The notes below the pieces were generated by a model. That model did no database searches. It was given only the letters and a program-made list of their open reading frames with translations, and was not told the origin of the DNA. A DNA stretch of 39,161 nt from a virus (Duplodnaviria; Heunggongvirae; Uroviricota; Caudoviricetes). The DNA lies in IMG/VR virus record IMGVR_UViG_2706794670_000014. The stretch is one strand, 5' to 3'. Of this stretch, positions 1-7,535 are shown piece by piece. A program made the position numbers and the translations under genes. The stretch's first letter is position 1, and every line of letters starts with the position of its first letter.

Positions 1-459
1 TTATTCAGTCGGCAGTGCTACGCGCCAGGGGAGCAGTTCGCCGACCCGGTTTATCGGCCAGTCGGCTATGACGTCAAGGACATAGCGGAGGTAGCTTTCT
101 GGCTCCACTCCGTTCAGTTTGCACGTCCCGATCAGGCTGTACAGCAGCGCTCCCCGCTCTCCTCCATGATCCGAACCGAAGAACAGGTAGTTTTTGCGGC
201 CCAGACTGACCATCCGCAACGCATTTTCAGCGATGTTATTGTCCGCCTCAGCCCAGCCATCATCTGCATAGTACGTCAGCGCCGGCCACTGGTTCAGGGC
301 ATATGCGAACGCTTTCGCCAGTTCTGAGTGTCGCGACAGGGTTTTCATCTTTTCACGCAGCCAGCTTTCCAGGGATTTCAGCAGCGGTTTCGTTTTCAAC
401 TGACGTTCGGCAAGGCGCTGTTTCAGCAGGAAGATGTCGTCAGAAGAGATGTCGTTCAT
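1..459 (-). mobile_element. IS66-family transposase (TnpC-like) gene, 3' fragment only, N-terminally truncated
   Basis: The 152-aa translation ends in motifs typical of IS66 transposase C-termini (LNQWPAL, DNNIAENALR, LGRKNYLF, NRVGELLPW). The in-frame sequence upstream of 460 loses the resemblance and hits a stop at 520-522. Confidence 0.7.
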
Positions 460-564
460 AAGCCCGTATTTTACCGGGCTTATTCTGTGACAACCAGGAT
501 AAAGAGATTTACAGCATGGTCAGGGAGGTCAGCAGCCGCTTAGGCTGTCTATAGCGCGGCGATT

Positions 565-650
565 TTTTTGATACCGATTTGCATTTCATTTGATACCGCT
601 GAAAAACGCCGATACGCAACTTATTTGATACTAAATCGGCGCTTTTCTTT
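565..650. repeat. Prophage right-end region with three direct copies of a TTTGATACCG-type motif (putative transposase-binding sites R1-R3) and a terminator-like hairpin
   Basis: TTTGATACCG at 567-576 and 589-598, TTTGATACT at 624-632. Hairpin CGCCGAT (607-613) / ATCGGCG (635-641) followed by a T-rich run 642-650. The same motif occurs inverted at the other prophage end. Confidence 0.6.
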
Positions 651-677
651 TGAGTTTTAGAATGAGTTTTTAAGCGT

Positions 678-1415
678 TCATTCACTCTCTTTCAAACCAG
701 TTTTAACTGTTTGTGGTTTTGGGTAAGGCTGGACTTTGAATAGCTTTGTGTTAAGGCGTTTTCTGGCTCTCTTGTCCAGAAACCGGATGTAACGAAACTG
801 ACGGAATTTATGAACACTGGCTCTGTCGATATTAGCCCGCAGATGTTCACCTCGCTGTCCTCCTCGTTTGATTGCATTCTTGCAAATCTCGTGATACCAC
901 TCGCCATCAAGTTCATAGAATGTTGTTTCATGACTGCCTACATAATCAAAATTGCTTGCCTGGTACACGACACCAAGACAGCCACAACGCTCATCTGCAA
1001 ACGACTGAACCCACTGCACCTGCGGATAAAGTTGTCTGATTAGTTTGAGCGCGTAACTGATTGCCCTTGATTCGGAGTTTCTCGGCATACAGTCATGCAG
1101 CCATAACCGGTTAAGCTCCATATATTCGCGGTTCTGCGTGCCAGTTACGACGCGTGCACCATTGTTTGGATTAAGGGCATAACCCCATTGCATTACGCCA
1201 ACCAGCTCCCGTTCTGAAAATATGCCCAGATGAAGGTAGGAATTATTTACGAAACGATGGCTGTAATGTTTATTGACGACGACCAGCCGGGCCAGCCAGC
1301 AACTTATTGTCTCAACCCGTAACTCACGGGAGCCATAACCGACGATATTGTCGTTATAGTGAATAAGTTCAGGCGTGCTGATGATACGGGATGTAACTTG
1401 CTTTCTGTTCCCCAC
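678..1415 (-). CDS. mom: Mom-like DNA modification protein, assigned by position directly downstream of and overlapping com; start codon uncertain
   Basis: Long ORF 678..1610 in a different frame from com. Com's stop at 1369-1371 lies inside it, as in Mu where com overlaps the mom start. A GTG at 1415 preceded by AAGGAAA would give about 245 aa, close to the size I recall for Mu Mom. Confidence 0.55.
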   Translation of the reverse strand: MGNRKQVTSRIISTPELIHYNDNIVGYGSRELRVETISCWLARLVVVNKHYSHRFVNNSYLHLGIFSERELVGVMQWGYALNPNNGARVVTGTQNREYMELNRLWLHDCMPRNSESRAISYALKLIRQLYPQVQWVQSFADERCGCLGVVYQASNFDYVGSHETTFYELDGEWYHEICKNAIKRGGQRGEHLRANIDRASVHKFRQFRYIRFLDKRARKRLNTKLFKVQPYPKPQTVKTGLKESE

Positions 1416-1569
1416 GACAGGATTTCCTTGTGTATGTGGGGTGCTCTGTGGCGCTCTGAGATGTGATTTGATTGAGGGTTTTACAGCGCGGACATTTAAC
1501 TTCCAGATAACTGAAGCTGGCTCGTGCCAGTAGCTTGTTACAATGTCGGCACCGTATGTTTCGATACAT
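1369..1569 (-). CDS. com: Com-like zinc-finger translational activator of mom
   Basis: The translation from the ATG at 1569 contains [10 protein letters not shown]...EVKCPRCK, matching the Cys4 zinc-finger pattern of Mu Com. AGGAGG lies upstream. Confidence 0.75.
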   Translation of the reverse strand: MYRNIRCRHCNKLLARASFSYLEVKCPRCKTLNQITSQSATEHPTYTRKSCRGEQKASYIPYHQHA

Positions 1570-1610
1570 GGCCGCATAACCTCCTGCTTTGTTGTTGATA
1601 TCTTTATCAC

Positions 1611-1705
1611 TCAATCGATCGACAAAAACGATCGATTTGATTTATTTAATTGATACAACAAATAACACGAAATGTCATTAGCGAAAATTTATGAGTTTGA
1701 TCACT
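1611..1705. promoter_or_regulatory. Putative Dam-methylation-sensitive control region upstream of com-mom (cluster of GATC sites in AT-rich DNA)
   Basis: GATC at 1617-1620, 1630-1633 and 1699-1702 within about 130 bp upstream of com. The Mu mom promoter is known to be controlled through clustered GATC sites. Confidence 0.4.
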
Positions 1706-1825
1706 AATTTTAAACGGTGCTGTAACGCATAAGTGCTGAATGATTGTACATTTGAATACCGCAAAGCAAACAAATCAACTAATTTATAGAAGTCAATTGG
1801 TTAATTGCCAGCGTAAGAGGCTGCT

Positions 1826-2119
1826 ATGGACAATCATGTAACGACGAGAAATCGAAAAATGATTGAAAATGCGGAAATCTATAATGATTATTTTTCCGAT
1901 TATTCAGATGCCTGCAAATACAGTTCGAGTGCGGGAGAGTTCATATGCTTCAACTTTTTTATTAAATCTTATGTTTTTCCTCCACAGCAAGAAGATGGAG
2001 GTGTGCCACCTCCTGAAATCACTTTGCACCGTATAGCCTCCGTCTCAATGATGGAGCAACAGGCTAATGAGCTGTATAGCATTCTGGGAACGATTCTACA
2101 AAAGCGTGAATCGGACTAA
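1826..2119 (+). CDS. Hypothetical 97-aa protein in an AT-rich region, oriented opposite to the lytic genes
   Basis: ATG at 1826 with AAGAGG six nt upstream. No similarity recognised. It diverges from com across an AT-rich spacer. Confidence 0.45.
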   Translation: MDNHVTTRNRKMIENAEIYNDYFSDYSDACKYSSSAGEFICFNFFIKSYVFPPQQEDGGVPPPEITLHRIASVSMMEQQANELYSILGTILQKRESD

Positions 2120-2286
2120 TGATACCGGTTCATTTGCCTGCCCGGATGGGGAAGCAGGATTGACTGCTCCATAAGCAGCTATATTTCTGAATACGAAATA
2201 CTATCCAGCGATTACATATGGCTGGATAGCGGCAAAGATGTTTTCATTAGTGTCAAACCGGCAGAGGACACCACCGGTTTGTATTG

Positions 2287-2541
2287 TTACATCATGGTAC
2301 TGTCAGTTCCGGGCTGAGCCGGGTCTGGTTGCTCTGGCTGCGCGTCGGTTTTCGGCTCATTATCAGCATCACTGGCCGCAACTGCTGGCCCAATAAGTTT
2401 TGCCAGCACTTCATCAACGTAAGTGTCGATTTGTGCCTCAAAATCCTTGCGGACCTGCGCTTTCAGCAACTTATTTACTTCACCGGAATACAGTGCCTGT
2501 TTTACCAGGTCTTCAGTGACGGTGCCTTTAATTTCTGGCAT
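2287..2541 (-). CDS. Hypothetical 84-aa protein with an acidic, Pro-rich C-terminus
   Basis: ATG at 2541 preceded by AAGGAGG at ideal spacing. Lies downstream of the esterase-like gene. Confidence 0.55.
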   Translation of the reverse strand: MPEIKGTVTEDLVKQALYSGEVNKLLKAQVRKDFEAQIDTYVDEVLAKLIGPAVAASDADNEPKTDAQPEQPDPAQPGTDSTMM

Positions 2542-2576
2542 GTATATCCTCCTTATGCGGGAATAAAGCCCTGCAA

Positions 2577-2759
2577 TCAGGGCTGGGTCGGGTCTTTTGG
2601 GAGCGGAGTTACCTGCGCTGTTTTACTGAGTTTTTCAGCTGCTGCGTCCTCAATTTTGCGGCGAACATAATTTCTGATGGCCTTATAACCACCACTCACC
2701 AGATATAACGCACATACTGCCGTGCAGAAATACAATAAAATAAGCTGTAAAAATGTCAT
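2577..2759 (-). CDS. Hypothetical 60-aa small membrane protein (one N-terminal transmembrane helix)
   Basis: ATG at 2759 preceded by GGGAGGG. Hydrophobic stretch FLQLILLYFCTAVCALYLV followed by a basic tail. The ORF track begins it at an upstream TTG. Confidence 0.5.
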   Translation of the reverse strand: MTFLQLILLYFCTAVCALYLVSGGYKAIRNYVRRKIEDAAAEKLSKTAQVTPLPKDPTQP

Positions 2760-2855
2760 TATCCCTCCCAATTATTGACATGGTGTTGACACCGGTAATA
2801 TCTGTTAGGTAAAAAGGTGCACTGCATTTTTTGCTTTGGATATAACGATCTTTTT

Positions 2856-2897
2856 GCCGCCGGTTTCTTGTTTTCCCTTACCGGCGGCATTTTTTTA
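2856..2897 (+). terminator. Rho-independent terminator-like hairpin with T-run on the plus strand
   Basis: GCCGCCGGT (2856-2864) / ACCGGCGGC (2880-2888) with a 15-nt loop, followed by ATTTTTTTA. The T-run is on the plus strand only. Confidence 0.55.
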
Positions 2898-2903
2898 TCC
2901 TGC

Positions 2904-4958
2904 TTACGCGTTATTCACTTCCACCACGATACTGTCAATCAGTACCGGGTAAGTCGCATTTTTAGTGATATCGGTCACGCGCAACTTGTCTGCCGTAAAC
3001 GTGCCGACCGGAGACTGCGACAGCATGAATGGTGTCCCGTCCTTACCATCAATGACCGGCGTCACCTCAATACTGTTGTTACCGGCAAAACGGAAGCCCA
3101 GCGTATGCCATTCGTTATTAAATGCGCCGAATGACCCCAGCTTCGTGTTCTGCGCCGTGTTTCCTTTGTGATACATCACGTTAAGGTCTGTGGCATCGCT
3201 CTGTACGTAGAACGATGCCAGCAGGTTATGACCGGCATTTCCTTCCAGAGTAACCCCTTGCGGCAGGGCAGAAACCGGCCAGTACAGCGCCAGTGCGTAC
3301 TGATTAGCCGTAAGCGCGCCATCGAGTTTAAAACGACAACTGACAAGACCACCTTTACCCAGCAGGTCCGCACCATTACCAGCATCATGCTCAAGGTACC
3401 AGGGGGCTCTTCCTGTTTCCTTGGTCAGTTTCATTGCCTTACCCCCGCTGGCTCCGGCATCATCCACGATTTGAGCCTTGCCACCTCCGGCAGCCCAACC
3501 CTGTGGTGTCAACCGTCCTTCAGACTCAGATGCCCGGTAAGCAAATAGCGTACTCATCGTCGTGGTGTCTGCGGGTGGCGTGGACGGTTTTGATGGTGTA
3601 TCAGGTGACGGCTTCTCATCCGGTGGTGTCACGGTCTGCCCACGCATCAGTTCAGCCGTGCGCCCTGCATGGAGCATAATAGCTGAGGCCAGACGGTCTG
3701 AAATGACGCCCCTGCGTGCCCATGAGCTGAAATGGCTGTCACGCTGTGTCGAAACAAAACTGCCCTGGGTTCGGGATGCTGCACCGTAATACCCGACAGC
3801 CACAATATCCGGGTCTTCCGCCGGAGCATTCGTTGGCGTGCTCTGTCCATTCTCATCCGTCAGGAACGGTACAAAGAAAATTTTCTGTGCTTCCTTGCCT
3901 TTGTAGCCACCGTATACTGCCTCATATTTATCGGTGCCAGCGTTTTTCCAGTAATACGTGGTATCACCGCAAATCCACGGCACCGTGGTGGCATTTCCAC
4001 TCACGCACTGCGCAGCAAGCGGAGCCAGGTCAGTTCTGAACTGCTGAACCATGGCCGTGAATAAACTATTATGCTGCTGGCTTCCTGAGGCAAGGTCTGC
4101 CTCTCCCTGCATCCAGACCACAGCCAGAAGTTTGTTTTTCGGGTTTTTCGCCAGCGCGACTTTGGTGCGGCTTACCAGGTCCTGATACAGAGGTTTACCG
4201 GCCCCCCAGCGTGAAGAATCAGCGGAAGCACCGCTGGCCTCACTGAATGAGCCGTCGGCTCCAGTGGTGAATGCTGACCCGCCACGACAACAGGGCACCA
4301 GAAGTATCCCGGCATTCTGTGGGATATAGGGAAGCAGTTTTTTGGCAATATGCAACCCCTGACCGACAGTCCCGTACTGGCCTTTTGCCAGATCAGCTTT
4401 CGGGTGGTTTATCCCGCTCATATCCTGAACATCATGCAGGCAGTGGTCTGCCGGAATGATGTCGTTGTATGTACACGACGTACCGTTGGGCGTTACCGTA
4501 CTGCGGCGTGCCAGTTGCTTAATGCGTGGGTCCGGGCGGTCAAACGAATCCGGTAACGGCAGCCCCTCGCCGTAGGCCATGCCATTTGACTGACCCGCGA
4601 GAATGACAACAAAGTAATATTCCGGCTCTGAACTGCTGCCATTCGTGCTACCGGAAGGCCCGGCGTTATCCGGTGCATTCCAGTCGGAGGGCGTGAGCGT
4701 TCCGGCCACGTCAGATGTGATTGGAATGATGCCAGTCACGCCTGAACTGGTGATTTCTGCACTGGGATTACCGGATACCGGCATTACCCATAATGGCTCT
4801 TTCGTGCTGAAGCGGATCACGCAGTCTGCGAAGGTGATCCCCCCTTTATTACCCGAAGGGCGGAAAGGGCTTTCAATAAATGCCACCGTGCCACCGGCAA
4901 CCTTGACTGAAAACTCTCCGGGCATGGCGGAGAGCATTTTCCACTTGGAGTCTGACAT
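2904..4958 (-). CDS. 684-aa protein with a sialate O-acetylesterase (SASA / SGNH hydrolase) domain, resembling prophage NanS-p-type esterases; likely cargo
   Basis: Conserved blocks VVILAGQSNGMAYGEG and VVWMQGEADLA match the catalytic-serine and second signature blocks of the SASA family. Long N- and C-terminal extensions. Sits between gin and com-mom, where Mu has no gene. Confidence 0.65.
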   Translation of the reverse strand: MSDSKWKMLSAMPGEFSVKVAGGTVAFIESPFRPSGNKGGITFADCVIRFSTKEPLWVMPVSGNPSAEITSSGVTGIIPITSDVAGTLTPSDWNAPDNAGPSGSTNGSSSEPEYYFVVILAGQSNGMAYGEGLPLPDSFDRPDPRIKQLARRSTVTPNGTSCTYNDIIPADHCLHDVQDMSGINHPKADLAKGQYGTVGQGLHIAKKLLPYIPQNAGILLVPCCRGGSAFTTGADGSFSEASGASADSSRWGAGKPLYQDLVSRTKVALAKNPKNKLLAVVWMQGEADLASGSQQHNSLFTAMVQQFRTDLAPLAAQCVSGNATTVPWICGDTTYYWKNAGTDKYEAVYGGYKGKEAQKIFFVPFLTDENGQSTPTNAPAEDPDIVAVGYYGAASRTQGSFVSTQRDSHFSSWARRGVISDRLASAIMLHAGRTAELMRGQTVTPPDEKPSPDTPSKPSTPPADTTTMSTLFAYRASESEGRLTPQGWAAGGGKAQIVDDAGASGGKAMKLTKETGRAPWYLEHDAGNGADLLGKGGLVSCRFKLDGALTANQYALALYWPVSALPQGVTLEGNAGHNLLASFYVQSDATDLNVMYHKGNTAQNTKLGSFGAFNNEWHTLGFRFAGNNSIEVTPVIDGKDGTPFMLSQSPVGTFTADKLRVTDITKNATYPVLIDSIVVEVNNA

Positions 4959-5032
4959 CGTCTTTTCTGCCTGTTTCTGAATTAAACAGAGTCAGAATAG
5001 CGACCGCTGAAAAATATGTGTTTTGCGGAAAT

Positions 5033-5063
5033 TCAAAAAAGCGTCACGGTACTTTTGGTGACG
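5033..5063 (-). terminator. Rho-independent terminator at the 3' end of gin
   Basis: On the minus strand: stem CGTCAC / GTGACG with a 10-nt loop, followed by CTTTTTTG. Confidence 0.55.
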
Positions 5064-5616
5064 GAGCTGGTGAGGCAGGAAAATAACGATAAAGGGTGGA
5101 AAGGCCAATATCAAATATCAGTGCGATTTGTTTACGGGACTCGCCATTAGCCAGCAAACGGGCGATTTGCTCCCGCTCTTTCTCTGTCAGTTTCTGAGGT
5201 CTGCCGCCATGACGCCCCTGAGCACGGGCAGCAGCAAGACCCGCGCGTGTACGTTCAATAATGAGTTCCCGCTCCATTTCCGCCAGCGCGCCCATTATAT
5301 GGAAAAAGAAACGTCCCATGGGAGTGGATGTATCAATATTGTCCGTAATGCTGCGGAAGTTAACGCCGCGTTGCCGGAGTTCTTCTGTTAAAAGGACAAG
5401 GTGCTGCATACTGCGTCCAAGGCGATCCAGTTTCCAGACCAGCAGGGTATCCCCTGGCCGGAGTCGCTTTAATGCGCGTTTAAGTCCGGGACGCTCCCTT
5501 GTCTTACCGCTTATTCTGTCTTCGAAAAACAGCTCACATCCTGCACATTCCAGCGCATTTCTTTGTAGCGCCGTATTCTGGTCATTTGTTGACACCCTGA
5601 TATACCCAATCAGCAT
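5044..5616 (-). CDS. gin: Serine DNA invertase of the Gin/Hin/Pin family
   Basis: N-terminus MLIGYIRVSTNDQ with the catalytic serine context, resolvase-like core and a C-terminal HTH. Adjacent to the tail-fibre invertible segment. Confidence 0.9.
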   Translation of the reverse strand: MLIGYIRVSTNDQNTALQRNALECAGCELFFEDRISGKTRERPGLKRALKRLRPGDTLLVWKLDRLGRSMQHLVLLTEELRQRGVNFRSITDNIDTSTPMGRFFFHIMGALAEMERELIIERTRAGLAAARAQGRHGGRPQKLTEKEREQIARLLANGESRKQIALIFDIGLSTLYRYFPASPAPSPKVP

Positions 5617-5652
5617 ACGATTTCCTTATTATAAAAAGCCGGAATTGTCGCA

Positions 5653-6045
5653 TGAGGAATAAAACAGAGTTAATCCTGGCTTTCCTGAAAACCTCGGTTT
5701 ACGGGAAACGGTAAACAGGGCGGCGAATGCTCTGCCATCGGACGGCACCGCCGTTGCCGCGAATAGACTCGCCACCCCAAGAAATATTAATGGGGTTCCC
5801 TTTGACGGGACGCAGGACATAAACATCACTTCTGGTATAACACAGCAGGATGCGGATTCCCGATATATCCAGGATATCAGGCTGGGAGCAGAGAACAGGC
5901 AGGTAATGTACGGTGGGGCATATTACTCTGCGTACGGTAATGTTATGGCAGGCCTGCAGATTGACAGTAAAGTTGATGCTTCAAACGATTTTATAGCATT
6001 CAGACCCCTGCAAAAATTAGTCGGAGGTACATGGATTACGGTATC
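5653..6045 (+). CDS. Startless alternative tail-fibre C-terminal cassette (S'v-like), expressed only after inversion
   Basis: Open frame from the stop at 5650-5652 to TAA at 6043-6045 with no start codon near its 5' end. It encodes tail-fibre-like motifs (ANRLATPRNINGVPFDGTQDINITSG) and begins at the gix site. Confidence 0.6.
5672..5697. other. gix/hix-like recombination site (crossover site for the invertase)
   Basis: TTCCTGAAAACC-TC-GGTTTACGGGAA: two 12-bp inverted half-sites around a 2-bp core, very similar to the gix/hix consensus. Located at the start of the startless fibre cassette next to gin. Confidence 0.7.
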
Positions 6046-6106
6046 TCAGTTATAAATAGTCAGTAAATAATATATTTTAAAACAGATTTATTTCCAGGAG
6101 GATTTT

Positions 6107-6628
6107 ATGGAACTAAAAAATATAACCCGTTATTATCCTGAAAATATGCCATATGGTAATAATGTTCAGTATTTCCAGAGTGAAGATGGTAAGGATTTCT
6201 ACGAATCCCTGCCATTATTCACCAAAAAATATAAACTTTGCATAACACCTGACAGCGGCGTTATCTGCTCAATATCACAGGACGCCTCGGCGCTGTATCC
6301 TGCGGGGTTTTCTGTGGTTGAGGTCGATGAACTCCCTGAAGGCACGGATATTTCAGGAAACTGGAAGTTTGATAATGGCATAATCTCCCGTATTCCGGTT
6401 AACTACGCAAGAAAACTGGAAGCAATGCGCCAGTCATATCTTAATCAGGCATATGAAAAAATTAATGACTGGAGAACGGAGCTACAACTGGGCACCATCA
6501 GCGATGAAGACAGAGCAGCACTTACCCAATGGATGGCATACATCAGTCAGGTGAAGAAAATGGAACTACCCGCCATTAAAACAGAAGCTGAATTTAACGC
6601 CATTAAATGGCCTGAGCAGCCACAGTAA
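6107..6628 (+). CDS. Tail fibre assembly protein (Mu U / lambda Tfa family), on the alternate strand (U'-like)
   Basis: AGGAGG RBS. C-terminus ...LTQWMAYISQV...IKWPEQPQ matches the conserved Tfa C-terminal pattern. Directly follows the S'v cassette. Confidence 0.8.
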   Translation: MELKNITRYYPENMPYGNNVQYFQSEDGKDFYESLPLFTKKYKLCITPDSGVICSISQDASALYPAGFSVVEVDELPEGTDISGNWKFDNGIISRIPVNYARKLEAMRQSYLNQAYEKINDWRTELQLGTISDEDRAALTQWMAYISQVKKMELPAIKTEAEFNAIKWPEQPQ

Positions 6629-6631
6629 TAA

Positions 6632-6651
6632 AGAAGGCCGGAAGGCCTTCT
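6632..6651. terminator. Perfect hairpin between the convergent tail-fibre and tfa genes (putative terminator)
   Basis: AGAAGGCC-GGAA-GGCCTTCT: 8-bp perfect stem between stops at 6626-6628 and 6660-6662. Confidence 0.45.
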
Positions 6652-6659
6652 GAATATCA

Positions 6660-7535
6660 TTATATACTTGCAGCCGTCACCCATGCTCCATTTAACAGAT
6701 ACTGCAACGGCCGGTAATACACGCCGCCGACGTTATCTGCCGTATTCTTACCGACATCCTGTACTTTAATTCCGGTAAGAACATTGCCGCCCCCCAGATT
6801 CAGATCCCAGCTTTCCCATGTTCCGGGCATATGTGCGGTCACCGACCCCAGTCTTATGGCGGTTACTGTTCCTGATGAGATAGTGNNNNNNNNNNNNNNN
6901 NNNNNNNNNNNNNNNNNNNNNNNNNNNNNNNNNNNNNNNNNNNNNNNNNNNNNNNNNNNNNNNNNNNNNNNNNNNNNNNNNNNNNNNNNNNNNNNNNNNN
7001 NNNNNNNNNNNNNNNNNNNNNNNNNNNNNNNNNNNNNNNNNNNNNNNNNNNNNNNNNNNNNNNNNNNNNNNNNNNNNNNNNNNNNNNNNNNNNNNNNNNN
7101 NNNNNNNNNNNNNNNNNNNNNNNNNNNNNNNNNNNCGGCGAGATTCTGATCCTTCGCCAGGGCATTAACGTCAGCGGGACCAAGACTGTTTTTTGTGGCA
7201 AGCGTCCCCAGACCAAGATAACCACGGGCCAGACGCTGGGCCTCCGCACCGGCATCAGCAATTTCTTTCAGGTTATTTTTCCGGGAAAAGGCATTCGCAG
7301 CGATAATGGCTTTAATGGACAGCGTAAGCTGGTTTAACTGCGCCTTATCCGGCTGAATACTGGCTTCAGCCAGAATATTCAGCAGTTCGGCCTGGAGAAT
7401 ATTCAGCCAGTCCTGACCAATCCAGCTGATACCTTTTTGTCCGTCACCTTCGGTAAACCAGGTGGTGGTATTACTCTGCGCCGGTGCCAGCGCAGGCATA
7501 TTCGCCACGCCGGAATTATTATCAACATGAAACAT
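6660..7535 (-). CDS. Tail fibre protein (Mu S-like, constant plus currently joined variable part); middle masked by N
   Basis: Position after the baseplate genes. C-terminal segment resembles fibre receptor-binding tips. N-run 6886-7135 lies inside the gene. Confidence 0.65.
   Translation of the reverse strand: MFHVDNNSGVANMPALAPAQSNTTTWFTEGDGQKGISWIGQDWLNILQAELLNILAEASIQPDKAQLNQLTLSIKAIIAANAFSRKNNLKEIADAGAEAQRLARGYLGLGTLATKNSLGPADVNALAKDQNLAXXXXXXXXXXXXXXXXXXXXXXXXXXXXXXXXXXXXXXXXXXXXXXXXXXXXXXXXXXXXXXXXXXXXXXXXXXXXXXXXXXXXTISSGTVTAIRLGSVTAHMPGTWESWDLNLGGGNVLTGIKVQDVGKNTADNVGGVYYRPLQYLLNGAWVTAASI

Noticed and set aside
492-498. Seven-mer AACCAGG at the right junction matching CCTGGTT (39091-39097) at the left junction in inverted orientation
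   Set aside because: The match does not extend beyond 7 bp and is inverted rather than direct, so it is not a Mu-type target duplication. Probably chance.
328-543. 71-aa plus-strand ORF antisense to the IS66 transposase fragment
   Set aside because: Antisense shadow ORF within a transposase gene. No independent support.
1416-1610. Extension of the Mom frame upstream to 1610, giving a 310-aa protein
   Set aside because: It would overlap com almost entirely in another frame. Mu-type organisation and the GTG with RBS at 1415 favour a shorter Mom; the upstream part is treated as open frame without coding function.
2204-2232. Hairpin CTATCCAGC / GCTGGATAG between the 97-aa ORF and the 84-aa gene, considered as a bidirectional terminator
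   Set aside because: The stem is good but there is no adjacent T-run on either strand, so a terminator role is not supported; it may be a protein-binding palindrome or chance.
6886-7135. Runs of N of about 250 nt (also 8569-8818, 12776-13025, 17129-17378, 18391-18645, 22471-22720, 23672-23921, 27908-28180, 29107-29356)
   Set aside because: These are masked or unknown bases, not biological repeats. ORF-track translations through them (strings of X) are artefacts. Several genes change frame across them, so the masks may not preserve true length.
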